NCBI GenBank assembly: GCA_965649765.1
Contig: OZ287754.1
Coordinates: 48,298,001 to 48,362,000, forward strand
DNA length: 64,000 nt
Origin: Bispira polyomma
Taxonomy: Eukaryota
Reading direction: 5' to 3'
Below are positions 1 to 13,400 of the stretch, piece after piece. The notes under the pieces are model-generated. The model did not search any database. It saw only the letters and a program-made list of their open reading frames with translations, and was not told the DNA's origin. How positions within the stretch are numbered: position 1 is the stretch's first letter; the number at the start of each line of letters is the position of its first letter. Made by a program: the position numbers and the translations under genes.

Positions 1-1118
1 CTATTTTGACCTTGAACAAGTGACCTACCACTAATTTGTGTATGGGTTATCTCTGGGTAATTACTGGTTACAGGAATTTTATAGTTTATCAGGACTGTAT
101 ATGTGCAGTACCTAATTGTGAACTTCGATCTTTCAGTTCTGAACTTGACCTCAAAAAACATTTTCTATTTTTTAGTTATTACAAATAATAGGAAGTTAAT
201 CTTTGGTGAATAGAGACCCCATGTTGACCTCAGTGTGTAATCATTGTAATGACGGTAACATTATAACCTTATCTTAGTAACTACATTTGACTAAAACTTT
301 ATACTTTATAAACATATTTGTTAAAGGTTGTAGATGAAATCTTGTCTAATGGCCTTCAGTAAAAATATCTTTCCAGGTCTATGTGGCAGTAACTAGTCAC
401 AGGAACATCAGATTTTTGGAACAGATATACAATCAAACCCCTTTAAATAGAACTGATAAGTGGAAATACCTATAGAAATTATTTTTAGATCCACTTAAAA
501 TATATCCTAGAGATTTTAGTAGTAGTATTTTTGTTAAGTAGGTCACATTTTCAAGGTCCCTAAGATTCTACTTAACAGGGTCCACTGTATACAGTATTGT
601 ATTCAGATGATTTCCACATCCTTTATTCATTGTTTAACTAAAATGTGTGGTTTCAGCATGTCCAGTACTATTTCATACAGTGACTTTCATGTCCATCAAT
701 AATTTACAACCAAATTTACTCCAGGAAAAATAACATCCTCAGATAAAATATTAAAAAAATTTTTAACAAAAACAGAATTCACACAAATATAGCAAAATAA
801 CTTCTATGAAGCATTATAAAACCATATCGACACAGTAAATGTCAATGTTGAAAGAAAAAACATCCCTGCATAGTATTTTTGAAAGAGGAAAAAGCCTATG
901 TTTTCATACTGATATATTGTGACCTCTAAGAGAAGTGAAACATACAATCATCATACTGATTGACAAGTAACTTGGGGGACAATTTTGAATTATCAGGGCT
1001 GCCGTAACTCAATCATTGTGTGTATGTATATGTCAGTTTTAAGGGTCGGCTTGAGACTCGTGTGTAAATGTAGCATTGGGGCCATGTTTTCAAACTCTAC
1101 TGGATGCTATGTGTAAGT

Positions 1119-1382
1119 TTTTTTGTTTTGTTTTTTAATTTGGATATTTAACGTCCACTCTAGTACCTGTTTAGGTTATATTGGGACGGGTAGTTGGAAA
1201 CACTGGAGGAAACACTGCATACAGTTGATCAAGGTTCTGCACTGAAATCAGCGGCCCAAAGTAAGGAACTACCACCTTTCCCACATAGGCATCGACGGGA
1301 TTCGAAGTCACGCCGCCCAGAGGTGAGAGATCAGCGATTGTAAAGCGCAATGCTTACTAACCACTAAGCCACCGCAGCCCTC
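1119..1382 (-). mobile_element. tRNA-derived SINE, family A, full length
   Basis: Minus-strand A box and B box (TTCGAATCC), A-rich tail, 14-bp TSD TGCTATGTGTAAGT (1105-1118 / 1383-1396). Confidence 0.92.
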
Positions 1383-1803
1383 TGCTATGTGTAAGTGGAT
1401 GCTTCCATGTACACGGCTTGGGGCTTGCAGTTTTGATAAAATTGATCCTAAAGTAGAAGAGGTATTTCCATGTGCGCAGATTGCAGTTGCAGGTTCTGTG
1501 TGGGATTGGATTCTCCCACAGTAATATGACAACAAGCAACAGCCGCAAGCTGCACCCACAAGCTGCAGCACATGGAAGCGTACACTTGGTCCTTTTATTT
1601 GGAAATAACTCTTTTTTTTTGTACCTAGTCAGTTTAACAGGATGAAGGGACTTAGCCAGGCCTTAGGCTTTAATCAGTATACTTTTGTGCTGAATTTAAG
1701 CCTGAGACTTGGTCCTTCATGAATACGGGCTCAGAGTCTTTAAGACTAAATTCAAACATACATGTTTAGAGTAAAAACTGTAGATACAATAGACTAGGTA
1801 TAT

Positions 1804-2021
1804 GGGTGGTGGAAACTCGGGAAGGAAGGTTCATTCATTCAGAACACCTCAGGGTATGAAGGTGGCAAACGTAATTTTTAAAATAGTTTGCTCTGTACCT
1901 ATGGCTTAGACACTTTAAACATTTTTTTTTGCTGATGCCAGTTCAGATAAAGTAAAAATCCACATTCATTGTTTTAAAAGCATGTGTCCCGATTCAAAAC
2001 TGTCCTACGTTTCCACCACCC
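1804..2021. mobile_element. MITE (hAT-like)
   Basis: GGGTGGTGGAAAC...GTTTCCACCACCC inverted termini. Confidence 0.65.
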
Positions 2022-2443
2022 TGTGTATAGTTCGTTAGAGTGGGGACCCAGTATTTCAGAGGGCCAACTTTGTTTACATTGACTGCTCTGCAAACCACTG
2101 TGAAAGCGTCTGCAGTTACAACATTTCTATTTTAGGGACGATTTAACATGTAGAGTAGAACACCACCTTTAAGAGTTATCCAAATTATCTATCTTCTACT
2201 TATTCTTGGGTGGTTTATTATGAAAACCCTCAGTGGGACAACCCTTACAATTTTTACAGAAAATGGCTAATCATCTTCACTGTAACTATGTATTTGTATG
2301 GAATGATTCATGAACCTGTAAATATTCCAGAACCCCGTCTGGGACATAGACATCTCTTTACACCCATCATCTAATTATTGCAAGATCACCTGATTCCCAC
2401 TGCTTAGTTATCTTGTTCCTACAACTTAAGATGATCTCGTTAT

Positions 2444-2543
2444 AGCAAGGTAATTACGTTGCAGGAAAATGGAATACCTAAACAGTTTCTCCAAGCCAAT
2501 GGACAGCAAGGTAATTAAGTTGCGGGAAAATGGGATACCTAAA
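2444..2543 (+). repeat. 39-bp direct repeat (61-bp period) spanning the Gal3ST donor/start region
   Basis: AGCAAGGTAATTACGTTGCAGGAAAATGGAATACCTAAA at 2444 and AGCAAGGTAATTAAGTTGCGGGAAAATGGGATACCTAAA at 2505. Confidence 0.9.
2469..2510 (+). CDS. Predicted first coding exon of the Gal3ST-like gene (MEYLNSFSKPMDSK)
   Basis: aaaATGG start context at 2469. 14 open codons end in AAG|GTAATT, a phase-0 donor that joins in frame to the phase-0 acceptor at 3470. This gives a short cytoplasmic tail before the TM helix. Confidence 0.5.
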
Positions 2544-3469
2544 TCATGGGAATGAGGCACTGACGCTTATAATACAATTATATCAATTTATCTTTGCCAA
2601 AGCTAGTGAGAGACATTACACAATTAAAAGTATTGATATCTAATAAATCAGAACATTCTTTGCTCTTTTTTTCTGAAAGAGTAATGATTGTTTAGCCATT
2701 TTATCGTTTTGCGCACAATTTATCAAATGACTTGTTTTAATATACATTACCTCAATAATTTGACCACAAAGAATAGTGGATAATATAAAGAAACAAAATA
2801 CACAATATGATGTAGCATTCTAATGATAAAAAAACAAGAATAAAGCACTGGATATCTATTGATCAACATGGAATACCACAAATGGGTATAATATCATATA
2901 ATGTTATAATTTAAACATAACTTTCTGAGTAAACATAACTGGCTATCAGCTATCATTTTCACAGCTTAAAGAAATGTGTATTTTTCAATTTTTAAATATC
3001 TTTTAACTTAATTGTGTATTTATGTGTCTACCGTGTAGAATTCAATAATGGATATAAAATCTAAATTCATTACATTATATAATAAAAACCCAGGGACTTA
3101 ATTCTATTTAAGTAGGATTTACACTTAACAGGGTGAGTTTTCAAAAAAAAAGAAGACCACCTTGGGACCACAGTTTTTCTCCACACGAAAGAGTTACTGA
3201 TTCAGAGTTTTACTTCAAGAGGTTTAGTTATAAATGTATCACCTTTGAGAACAGTGGGATCAAATCATACCGCTTCCTTCATGTGGGAAAGTCTTCCGTT
3301 GGTTCCGATACAAATATTACTGTGATTTCCTCCATCTGATTTCCTCCATCTGCTCATCACAATATGACCAAAGACGTTAAAATAATAAAATCCAAACAAA
3401 TAAATATAAATTAAGAGGTTTAACTTATACTAACCTTTTTTTTGTGTATTTTTTTTTGCATTCTTTCAG

Positions 3470-4846
3470 GAAACTACCACTGTGATACTGTTAGTGTTGA
3501 TGTCACTCAATGTATTAATCTTCCTTGATGTAAATAACCTTAACTTGAATATCAAACAACATCCACAATTGGGAAGACTTCAACCACTGTACAGAAATGC
3601 CACAACTACAACTGACTGTATCGAAAAAGTGAGAAAACTCTATTATCTGAAAACTCACAAGACTGGCAGCACGACCATCTCAAACATTTTATTTCGTCTG
3701 GCTATGAGTACCAACTCCACCATCGCAGTGTTTACCAAGCACGCAGAAGGATTGATCTCATCTAAGCACAGAGACTTAACCCTGGGACCTGTATTGGGTC
3801 CTTCCTACTACGTAATTCCACATCCAGATGACATGGACGCCTCCGGTTTGGTACCATCCTCAAAGAAAAGAAGTAAATTTGACATTCAACTGGAACATAC
3901 ACACTTTAACGAGAAGGATGTCTTTAAAATCATGTCATGGAACACCAAGTTCATTGCAACAGTCAGACATCCATTGAATCATTTAAAGTCTGTGTTTAAT
4001 CATTATCATATGTGGAGAGTTTTAGGCATGGATCCAGAGGACGAAGACAATGCCATACAATTATTTCTTCACAATCCGTACAAGTATGAAAGCAACAGTA
4101 AAATATTTCGAGTCCGCAATAAAATGGTTTATGAATTTGGTATAAATATGAATAGACTGGAGGATGAGCATTATGTCGCCGACTATTTGCAATATCTGCA
4201 GCAAAGGTTTGACCATGTGCTGATAACAGAACACCTGGATGAAAGCTTGATGCTTTTAAAGAGGAGCATGTGTTGGGAGATGAAGGACATTATCTACCTG
4301 GCACAGCGCAATGCCACATACTTTGGTAAACAAGCTCAACCACAGGATTATGGTGAACTGTTGCAAACTCATAAGAAGTGGACCTGGATTGATTATAGTT
4401 TGTATTATCAATTCCTGAAGCTTCACCAAGAGAAAGTAAAAGCTTTGGGTAGAGATTTTCAAGAAGAGGTTGATACGTACAAGTTGATTCTTCAACTAGT
4501 TCATCGATACTGCAATGAATTTCAAGATAAAGTATGGGATAAGGAGAGGTATAGCAATGAGAGTATAGTTAGACTGTCCCAGGAAAATCTGACAGTAAGG
4601 AAAACTCGCTTTAATAAGGAATTCTTCATAACAGGGACAGAATGCTTGAAAATGAGATTTAGTCATACAACTATGAGATATATAGCAGTTTCAAAACAAT
4701 ACCCAAAGAGCTGTTCTACCTATAATGAATCTTATCCCATAAAAGGAAACCCTATGTATTGCAAGTCTAACAATAGCGATAATCGCTTCCTGGAAGAGTC
4801 TATTCCTTTATTTGTAGCAAGAAGACGACATGGCTACTTAGCCTAG
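3470..4846 (+). CDS. Galactose-3-O-sulfotransferase family (Gal3ST/cerebroside sulfotransferase-like) type II membrane protein, main exon
   Basis: TACTAAC branch point (3428), polypyrimidine tract and TTTCAG acceptor at 3469. N-terminal hydrophobic helix VILLVLMSLNVLIFL. 5'-PSB motif YLKTHKTGSTT, 3'-PB motif TVRHP...SVFNHY, and FDHVLITEHLDESLMLLKRSMCW and WIDYSLY motifs typical of Gal3ST. Confidence 0.9.
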   Translation, partial: ETTTVILLVLMSLNVLIFLDVNNLNLNIKQHPQLGRLQPLYRNATTTTDCIEKVRKLYYLKTHKTGSTTISNILFRLAMSTNSTIAVFTKHAEGLISSKHRDLTLGPVLGPSYYVIPHPDDMDASGLVPSSKKRSKFDIQLEHTHFNEKDVFKIMSWNTKFIATVRHPLNHLKSVFNHYHMWRVLGMDPEDEDNAIQLFLHNPYKYESNSKIFRVRNKMVYEFGINMNRLEDEHYVADYLQYLQQRFDHVLITEHLDESLMLLKRSMCWEMKDIIYLAQRNATYFGKQAQPQDYGELLQTHKKWTWIDYSLYYQFLKLHQEKVKALGRDFQEEVDTYKLILQLVHRYCNEFQDKVWDKERYSNESIVRLSQENLTVRKTRFNKEFFITGTECLKMRFSHTTMRYIAVSKQYPKSCSTYNESYPIKGNPMYCKSNNSDNRFLEESIPLFVARRRHGYLA

Positions 4847-5824
4847 AATCTCCTTGCAAAGAGAAAGCGGTAATAACAAGGATTACATTTGACAAGGTGT
4901 AAAAACAAAATCTCCTTGGCAAAAGTAAAGTGGTAATCGCAAGGATAATATTTGACAAGGTGTAAAAACATAACCTTCTTGGCAAAGAGAAAAAGGTAAT
5001 AGCATTGGTAATATGTGACAAGGTGTAAAACCAGAACTTCTTTAGCAAAGGGTAAGAGCTGATAACAAGGGTAATATTTGACAAAGTGTAAAAACATAAC
5101 CTATTTGGTAAAGGGAAACAGGTAATAGCATTGGTAATATGTGACAAGGTGTAAAAACATAACCTATTTGGTAAAGGGAAACAGGTAATAGCATTGGTAA
5201 TATGTGACAAGGTGTAAAAACATAACCTATTTGGTAAAGGGAAACAGGTAATAGCATTGGTAATATGTGACAAGGTGTAAAAACATAACCTATTTGGTAA
5301 AGGGAAACAGGTAATAGCATTGGTAATATGTGACAAGGTGTAAAAACATAACCTATTTGGTAAAGGGAAACAGGTAATAGCATTGGTAATATGTGACAAG
5401 GTGTAAAAACATAACCTATTTGGTAAAGGGAAACAGGTAATAGCATTGGTAATATGTGACAAGGTGTAAAAACATAACCTATTTGGTAAAGGGAAACAGG
5501 TAATAGCATTGGTAATATGTGACAAGGTGTAAAAACATAACCTATTTGGTAAAGGGAAACAGGTATTCTCATTGGTAATATTTGACAAGTTTTAAAACCA
5601 TAAAACCTCCTTGGCAAAGATAAAGAGGTATTAACATTAATTTTGATGAGGGTATAATCATAACCTTCTTTGGCAAAGGGAAAAAGGTAATAACAAGGAA
5701 ACTATTTGACAAGGGTATAATCCTAACCTTCTTTGGCAAAAAGAAAGCTAATCGCAAGGGTAAAATTTGACAAGGTGTAAAAGCATAACCTTCTTAGCAA
5801 AGGGAATGAGACAATAAACAAGGG

Positions 5825-5825
<1 letters not shown>
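4844..5825 (+). repeat. 63-bp minisatellite (~15 units; ~8 near-identical central copies, degenerate flanks)
   Basis: Unit GGTAATATGTGACAAGGTGTAAAAACATAACCTATTTGGTAAAGGGAAACAGGTAATAGCATT. Begins at the Gal3ST stop codon. Confidence 0.95.
5813..5818 (+). terminator. Candidate Gal3ST polyadenylation signal
   Basis: AATAAA in the last degenerate minisatellite unit, followed by (TA)n(TG)n. Confidence 0.4.
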
Positions 5826-5856
<31 letters not shown>

Positions 5857-5859
5857 AAC

Positions 5860-5900
<41 letters not shown>
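5825..5900. repeat. (TA)n/(TG)n microsatellite
   Basis: Direct reading. Confidence 0.95.
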
Positions 5901-5903
<3 letters not shown>

Positions 5904-8317
5904 TTAAACAATAATTATATGACATTCTTGGTTTACTTAACTGATTTTCATTTTTTAACTGATGTTCTGTACATTCTATTTTTGTACCTTATTCATTTCA
6001 TCAATAATAACTAAAAGACTATTCAGTAGAATTGCATACGTCTATCAAGACCCACAGTCCATAAAAAGTGAAAAACAATTCCTTCTGTCCTTCTAACTAG
6101 ATCCACTTAAAATTACAAATTGGTTTTGTAGTATCTTGTAAAATCATGGTGACAAAAAGTAGATAAAACCTGTTTTTTCTGGGATGAAAAAAACCTCAAG
6201 AAAAAACTGCCAATATTGAAAAATTATCTTATCTTAGAAAGCCAAATTATGCAGATGCAGTTTTGACAATATCAATCGCATGATATTGTTTTCATTCTGA
6301 AAAGGGCGCGGCTATCTTAGAAAATATGTAAGACCTTCATTGATTAGTTGGAAGCAATTGACCCGGCCGAACTAAAGGGTGTCAGATTTATTGTTATCAG
6401 GTGCAGCCTGGGGCCTGAGTATATAGTAGCTATATCAACGTTAGCGTATTTCATAGTGTGCCTGTGTCTTTTTTTATAAGACAACTCTTGTTAAACTTCA
6501 GTTCTATAGCAGGTTACAAGAAAAATCTATAGAGCTGATCTTCGGAGGATTTCGGGAAAACTGCCTCAAAGTTGCCTTTTCAACACAATATTGGCTAAAG
6601 CCCAACGACAAAACACCACCTAATCTAAACAGTACAACATTAAAATATATGTCTGTCCACTCACAAAGGATAGGTAATGTCACTGTTACTGAAGTCATGG
6701 GATTGTGTCTAAAAATATCTGATATATATATATATATATTAAAGTATTGAGCAGAAATGTTTAAGAGAGATCTCTTCGCTCAGACCCATCAGGAAGGCAG
6801 GATCCAGAGCTTTTTCCATTCCAGCTCCCTTGTTATAGAACAGTCTTCCAGTTGACCTAAGATCAGTTGATACACTCATTGGTTTTAGCAAAAAGCTTAA
6901 AACCTATCTTTTTAACCATTACTACCCACCCTAGTTTCCCTCGTGCACGTCCCTAAATCTTTCCTTACCACCTTGCTATGCCCATGAACTTTACGATTGG
7001 ATCACCGATTCTGCTGTTGCGCTTTAAAAGATGCCTAGCATCAATAAATTGCATTAAAAATTCATAATAATAATAATTAAAAAATAGTGTTCTGGCAAGA
7101 AAACACCATTTTGAAAATATATGGCAAGAGCAACAACTAGAAACCTACAACTTGTAATGAAATTAATCACAATTCCTTCACTTCGATTTAATTCAGTTTT
7201 ATAGAAAACAAAAACAGCCATGTTGTTGACAAAATATAAAAGGAAAAATATTGTTGTTGGTTATGACCTGCAACTGTGTTAGCTTCTCATTTTCAGATAA
7301 CTAAGATTCTACTGTATCTCCATGGTTACTATCTGTTATTTTAGTTACAAGCAATTTCTGAGATGGAGCTTGGGCAAAGTGTGCTTCTACTTTTTGTCAC
7401 TACTACTCTACAATTTTGACATATATGCAGGGATATATTTTTTCAGCATAGTAATAACTATTTGGCAACATCCTATGGTGTTGTCATTTCTAGTCTTTGT
7501 TCTAAGACAAAATTATATCAATATTTTTTCGCATAAAGGCAAAGTGTAATCCTTTGAAGAGATAAACAGTACAAAAATTAGCCCGGAACAGCATTTTCTG
7601 GAAAACTGAATGAGGGGTTTCTGTCTTGAGCTATCTTGTGAAAGTCACGATTCAGGATTTATAGTGTGGAATATAGTATAATAAATGGTAATCATTTAAA
7701 AAAGAAGTGTGTTACTACTTAGCTAGATGACTCTGGCCGAGACTAATCAGGGCTACCCCAGATATTGATTTTAAGGATTTTTCAATGACTTTATCAGTTA
7801 ATACTTTCACTTTTTAATTACCTACATTCATTGACTTTGTGATATTTATGTATAGAGCTGTATGTATTAACAACGTATAGAATTTCGCTTGGTATACATT
7901 TCTGTATAAAGGATAATTCCGGATTCGGAGCGGTATGAATGAGCTATAAGGCCTCCATACCTCCATGGCTGGAGTAAAAGTATATTTGTGAATACTACAA
8001 AAGAGCATGCAAGTAAATGACAAATTCCTTGAATAGGAAACATACCGAGACGTAGGAAATCTCTCCAGTATGGTGCATGGCTATCTCGTGTCACAGTAAG
8101 TTCAAGCATAAAAGTGTTCAATATCGTGCTTCTGAATCTCGAAACAGATGTACCATTGTTTCATTCTAGCACAAAGAGGAAGCCATTTTGTAGGCAAAGA
8201 CCATTGGCTATATCTTCTCTAACAATCCCTTGAGCTAAACTTAGACTCAAACCAAAGGTCTCTCTATCTGTGGCAAGATACATCCCATTTTATTACAACT
8301 TTGAATTTAGTAGGGTC

Positions 8318-8520
8318 TTGGAACTTGTTTTAACAGCTCAGGTTGTATCACGTCGGCCAGATTTAACGGTGAAAGAAAGCAATGCTGAAGCACTTTTAAA
8401 GCACCGATCTATGGCAAGTATCTTGACAAACTTTCCTACAGGAAACAATGGACAAAATTCGAACCCACATTAGTGAGAGGTGATTGTGAAGCAAGCATTT
8501 TTAATCACTGTGCCATCGCA
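8318..8520 (-). mobile_element. SINE family B, degenerate
   Basis: AACAGCTCAGGTTGTATCACGTCGGCCAGATTT...GGCAAGTATCTTGACAAACTTTCC...TTCGAACCCACATT. Confidence 0.75.
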
Positions 8521-8697
8521 AATTAGCATTGAAATTAAAATTTCTATGAAAATGAATGGACACAAGTACAGGTTGTTTATATACAGCAGTTACACCTAAC
8601 TTTGCGCGGAGTTAACTCCTAACTTGACGAAGAGTTTATTTAAGGAGAATAAGGCCACAGTCACTGAGAAGTCTCGACGGATAGGCAGACAAGAGTA

Positions 8698-8861
8698 CAG
8701 TAGAACCTCTATTATACGAACATGTTGAGAGAGCCATATTTTGTTTGGACAACAACAGGTTTGTAAATTAGAGGTCCTTTTTGTAAAACACAAAGAGGGA
8801 CAGCGTGTTCATACATTTCAATATTTGGATACTAGAAGTTTGGATACTATAGGATTTACTG
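8698..8861. mobile_element. MITE, CAGTAGAACCTC-TIR family (Tc1/mariner-pogo-like, TA target)
   Basis: TA-CAGTAGAACCTCTATT left end, degenerate right TIR. Confidence 0.7.
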
Positions 8862-9174
8862 TTGTATGTGGAAATGTAATGACAAAATGTCTGTTATACC
8901 ACCAAGATTGATGTCCAAGCATATTCCATGGGGCACCATAGATAGGGTTAACCATATAGTCCAGGTACACAATGGGGTTCATAAAAAAGTGTAAAGTGTG
9001 TCATTGTGGCAAAGTAAAAGTGTAAGAAGATTAGACTACTGTAGTTGGAGTATCAACACATCTTGTATCAACCTTAACACATCGGGCAGTTCACTGGTAG
9101 GGTAAATCAGAACACGGAAGCCGCAAATAACCTTCAGCAAGTCCATTGTCAGTTTTAGAAGAATTTTATTTGCA

Positions 9175-9409
9175 TTTAGTTGGGCTTGTTGTTTTTTCCA
9201 ACAGTTCCGGTCATATATCACAACGGCCAGATCTAATGGTAAAAGAAAGCAGTGCTGAAGCACTGTGTAAACCACCAACCAAAGCCAAGTACCTGACAAC
9301 CTTTCCCCCCATTAGAAACGAATGGGATTCAAATTTTTTCTTTTTTTTTTTAATATTGGAATATTTAACTTCCACTCTGGTACCTGTTTAAGTTATATTG
9401 GGACGGGTA
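9175..9409 (-). mobile_element. SINE family B followed by a 5'-truncated family A tail
   Basis: Family B core to ~9330, then poly-T and ATATTTAACTTCCACTCTGGTACCTGTTTAAGTTATATTGGGACGGGTA. Confidence 0.75.
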
Positions 9410-10263
9410 AAAATTGGCCCTGTAATTGCTTTAGAAGAAGACTGCTGGTCAGGTTTTAATGACATGTGCCTAAATGTCTCGAACGCCTTGACTACGTCAA
9501 TTATGTTATTTGTATGGCAAGTGTTGTGACATGTTTTAAAAGACAAAACGCTTCCAGTGTACATTAAAATACAATTTATTATTGATAGTTTACGATGAAA
9601 GACAAGCAAATACAATTTTTTTTGCAATACTATCCAAAACCACTATTAAAATAGATGTAAAGACTGTCACTTTAACTGTTGATTAATTATTTACCAAGTC
9701 ACTCTAAATTACTTCTAAATCCAATGGGGTTGCGTCATTTGCTTTTTTTTTTAAAACAGGGAAATTCAAATATGAAAGAAACACAAACCTCAGCAGACAC
9801 CAGAAACATGGATTATATTAATTGGTATAAATTTGATAATTCAAAATTGAACTTTTAGCCAACGTACCATATTTATATAGAATCAGTTTGGAATCAAAGT
9901 ATCTGACATGAAATTATGCAGGTATTCAGGCATTAGAGTAAACCTTGCATACTAGACATAGGTTTATTGAGAATGTTTTTTTTTTCTCCAAATATTTCAG
10001 TTGAAAGAATTTTTACTGGCTCTTTTGAAGTGTATCCAGCAATCTCATTGGATAAAAATTAAGGAGAATTAACAAAGATAGCTTCTAAGAATAATATACT
10101 TGAATATAATAACTGCAGGTGACAATCTCTAAAAATTAACGTTGTGAGAATAAAAGAGAAACACCAAGTAAAAATACAACAAAGTAACTTTCATTATTTT
10201 TGTTTTTCACCTTCAGTTTTTTTTCAATGAAGTACTTTTCTGACCTTTTTTTAAAACTATATG

Positions 10264-10489
10264 GAGTGAGGAATCTAAAATGCACCATTGTATCTGAAAT
10301 TTGCGACTTAGAAAATGTTGTATTTTTCAGTACAATTGGGGGTAATATTTGCTGAAACTGAGATTTTTGCGACTATTTTGCCTTACTTACCTAAATTTCA
10401 GTTATTTATTACCCAATTTTTATTGATTTGGCTTGAATTTTAGGGGGTGTCGAATTTTAGATTCCTGGTGAATTTTACATTCCTTACTC
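10264..10489. mobile_element. MITE, GAGTAAGGAA family
   Basis: Colinear with 63134-63356. GAGTGAGGAATCTAAAA...TTCCTTACTC. Confidence 0.78.
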
Positions 10490-13400
10490 GAATTACTAAT
10501 TTTATATTACAAGCCCACACTATAGCAAACACCGTAGAGGTATGCAAGTAAGAACTGTAAAAAACAGCCACAAATTCAAATATCTACCCCATTTCAAACT
10601 GTCTTTCAAAATTTGAATAAAAGAAGACTGGTTTTTATTAGCTTTTGGCTATCCAAACAATGCTTGTGTCAGTTCTCACAAGGAATCTTTCACCTCTAAT
10701 TTAAAACTGGTGAATGATATATATAAAAATATTCAATTTTGTATCATTGGTGGGGAATTGATAGAATTGTGGCACATTTCAGAGATCTTACTGTAATAAC
10801 AATAACATCAAAACAGCCACCCAAGAAATATATTATGCAAAAATCAGATAAAAATGGCACCCCAAATCAGATTTCCAATCCATTTACGTTTTTTATTGAC
10901 AAAATAAAATTTTCCAAAAATACAATGGTTTTTTTTTTCCTTTTTTTTGGTTATTGCTTTTGTTTTTTTTAACGGCTACATTTTTCAAATCATGTGAATT
11001 ATTGGTAAATTTAGTGTTTTGTTGTCAGGAGGAAATTGACGCAAATATATAAAGGGGGGAGTTATTCTACAACACCCACAGAGCTAGAGAAATAACATAC
11101 AGAACACAAACTAATGGGATTAACATAGTAACCAATAGCAACAGTTTAACTCAATTCAAGCTCTCCACAATTAACGCAAGTGCCAGACACGATTGCCTTA
11201 GTTTATTCAAGAGTATTTACACACAAACAAGATGGCTTTAAAATATATATACATGTATTGAACTCTCTACTTACACATACACAGCTCATGAAATGATTAT
11301 ACGGACACAATTTGGCAGTGGTCGGTGCAAAACGTACGCATTTTTTTATAACAAGCAGGTGATGTAACATACTGGTGATGTATATATAATCTTCTATCCT
11401 GTTCTGGGCGCGTATTCAAAAATATTCCGTGATTTTTTTGGTTCCATTTTCTTCTGAATTTATGAAAGTGGAGTAAAAAAATAACTCTTATATGTATTTG
11501 TTTAAATACAGGGCATGTTTTGAAATCTACACTAAAAAAAGAAAAGAAAGTCTTTAAATACACGCCCAGGTTAAGTCAAATTACCAACAATGCATTTAAA
11601 AATGATTGATTACATAAATAATTGTTTGGGTAGATACATATTTTAATAGCAATAAAGTCAAGACTTACTAAGGTGAAAGAGATAGTTCAGAATGATTTCA
11701 TCATTGATTTATTTAATTGTTTGTTTGGAATTTATCTTAACATTTTATCTAAGCAGAGTAAATTACATTTGGAAATAAGATTTAAAAGTTCTCTTTTACC
11801 TGTATATTATAAGAAGAAAACCAGTCACCAATGTTAAAACTTTAGTAAACATCGTTTCCAGTTCTGATGTAAAAACTGAAAAAACTAAAATGGATAAATT
11901 TCTTCTTTTTTTTTTTTTGCTCTTTCAAAAATTCTTGTAAAATCTGGCATTGCATTTATTTTTTTAAGCAGCTTAACACTATCAAAATAAGTTACAACAC
12001 AGGTTATTCTTTTCAGTTAAAGTAACAATAAGCAATAGCACACGCAACCCCATACATTGATTTTTATTTATTTTAAAATATAACAAAACATTTAGCCCTT
12101 CAATAACAACGGGTATCATTACAAATATAGCTTTAATAGAATAAAAACCCACACTTCAATGATTGTTTTAGGTTCACCACATTAAATACAAACACACACA
12201 CACACAAAAGATCAATTGAAACTAGAAAAAAACCCGCCTAATGGTAGATTAGTATAATAGTGTATTTCTTATAAGTTAAAATGTATAGGTTAACTACCTT
12301 AACTAAACACACACGGCAACTTTGTGGAGAAAAAACGATTATATATATATATATTATTCTATTCTATGTAAAACAATAAACACCTTTGATTAGACACCAT
12401 TGGAACAAAGTGTTAGTGACATCTTTCAAATTTATGAGAGGACGCCAACTATTCTAAGTGGTTAGTTTATTTTTATCACAACAATCATCTGTAAAATAGA
12501 TTACTATTTACCCTTTGTAGTAACAAGGATTATAGAAGGTCTTTAAATTTTGAAAAATTTTTAATTATCAATTGACATTTTTTTGAACTTGAAAATAAAT
12601 TTTCATTTTGTAGTCAAACCCATTTTGAATTTTTGAATTTCATTGTCAAACCCTTTTACTTAGAACTCTGAGGGAAATCTGTGGTTGAGCTCTATTGAGT
12701 GAAAATCCTGCTTAAACACAGAAGTATTTCTTCTGACTCACATTTGACATAAATGGCTTTAGAAACAATTAATTATTATGGAGATTAAGTGACTTAAGTG
12801 GCTTTCAAATAAGTTCAGCTGAAACTCAATTGGTTAAAGATTTCACTGAAGTTGTTAATTTATCAATTTATGGTGCAAAATAAACCACTACAATAATTCT
12901 TTGTTAACAGAACTGGCGACAATAATTGAAACTACTAAAAGGACTCAAGGAATGGGAAAAAATAGGATTCTACACACATTGGAAATTGATTAAACACCAA
13001 AATTCTTATATTTGCTTTATCTTTCAGCACAAACTTTGTATATGAACACTATATCGCAATAAAAAACCAACACAAAGACAAAATATGTAATAATAATCAG
13101 CGTTAATAACACCATTAGAAAGCCAAATAAAGTACATTACACACCAACTAGTTAGAAAACAGATACACCCTGCAGTAAACAGTCCACGTTGTACACTAAT
13201 TTGACTTCATAACGCTTAAAGATGCACAGTAAAAACGGACTTTGAAAATCAGGGGCCAGATATTCTCAAATACACCTACAGAAATGATTCGAATAATATA
13301 TGGAAATAACTTTTGCAAATGACTATTATTCGTTTTTAATACTGCTTTCAATAATTTAATTTTAAATTCAAAGTAAGAGTTTATGGGTTTATATTATTGT

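Noticed and set aside
4800-5617. 262-aa and 191-aa minus-strand ORFs with 21-aa repeats
   Set aside because: By-products of a 63-bp (3n) minisatellite lacking stops in those frames. No coding flanks.
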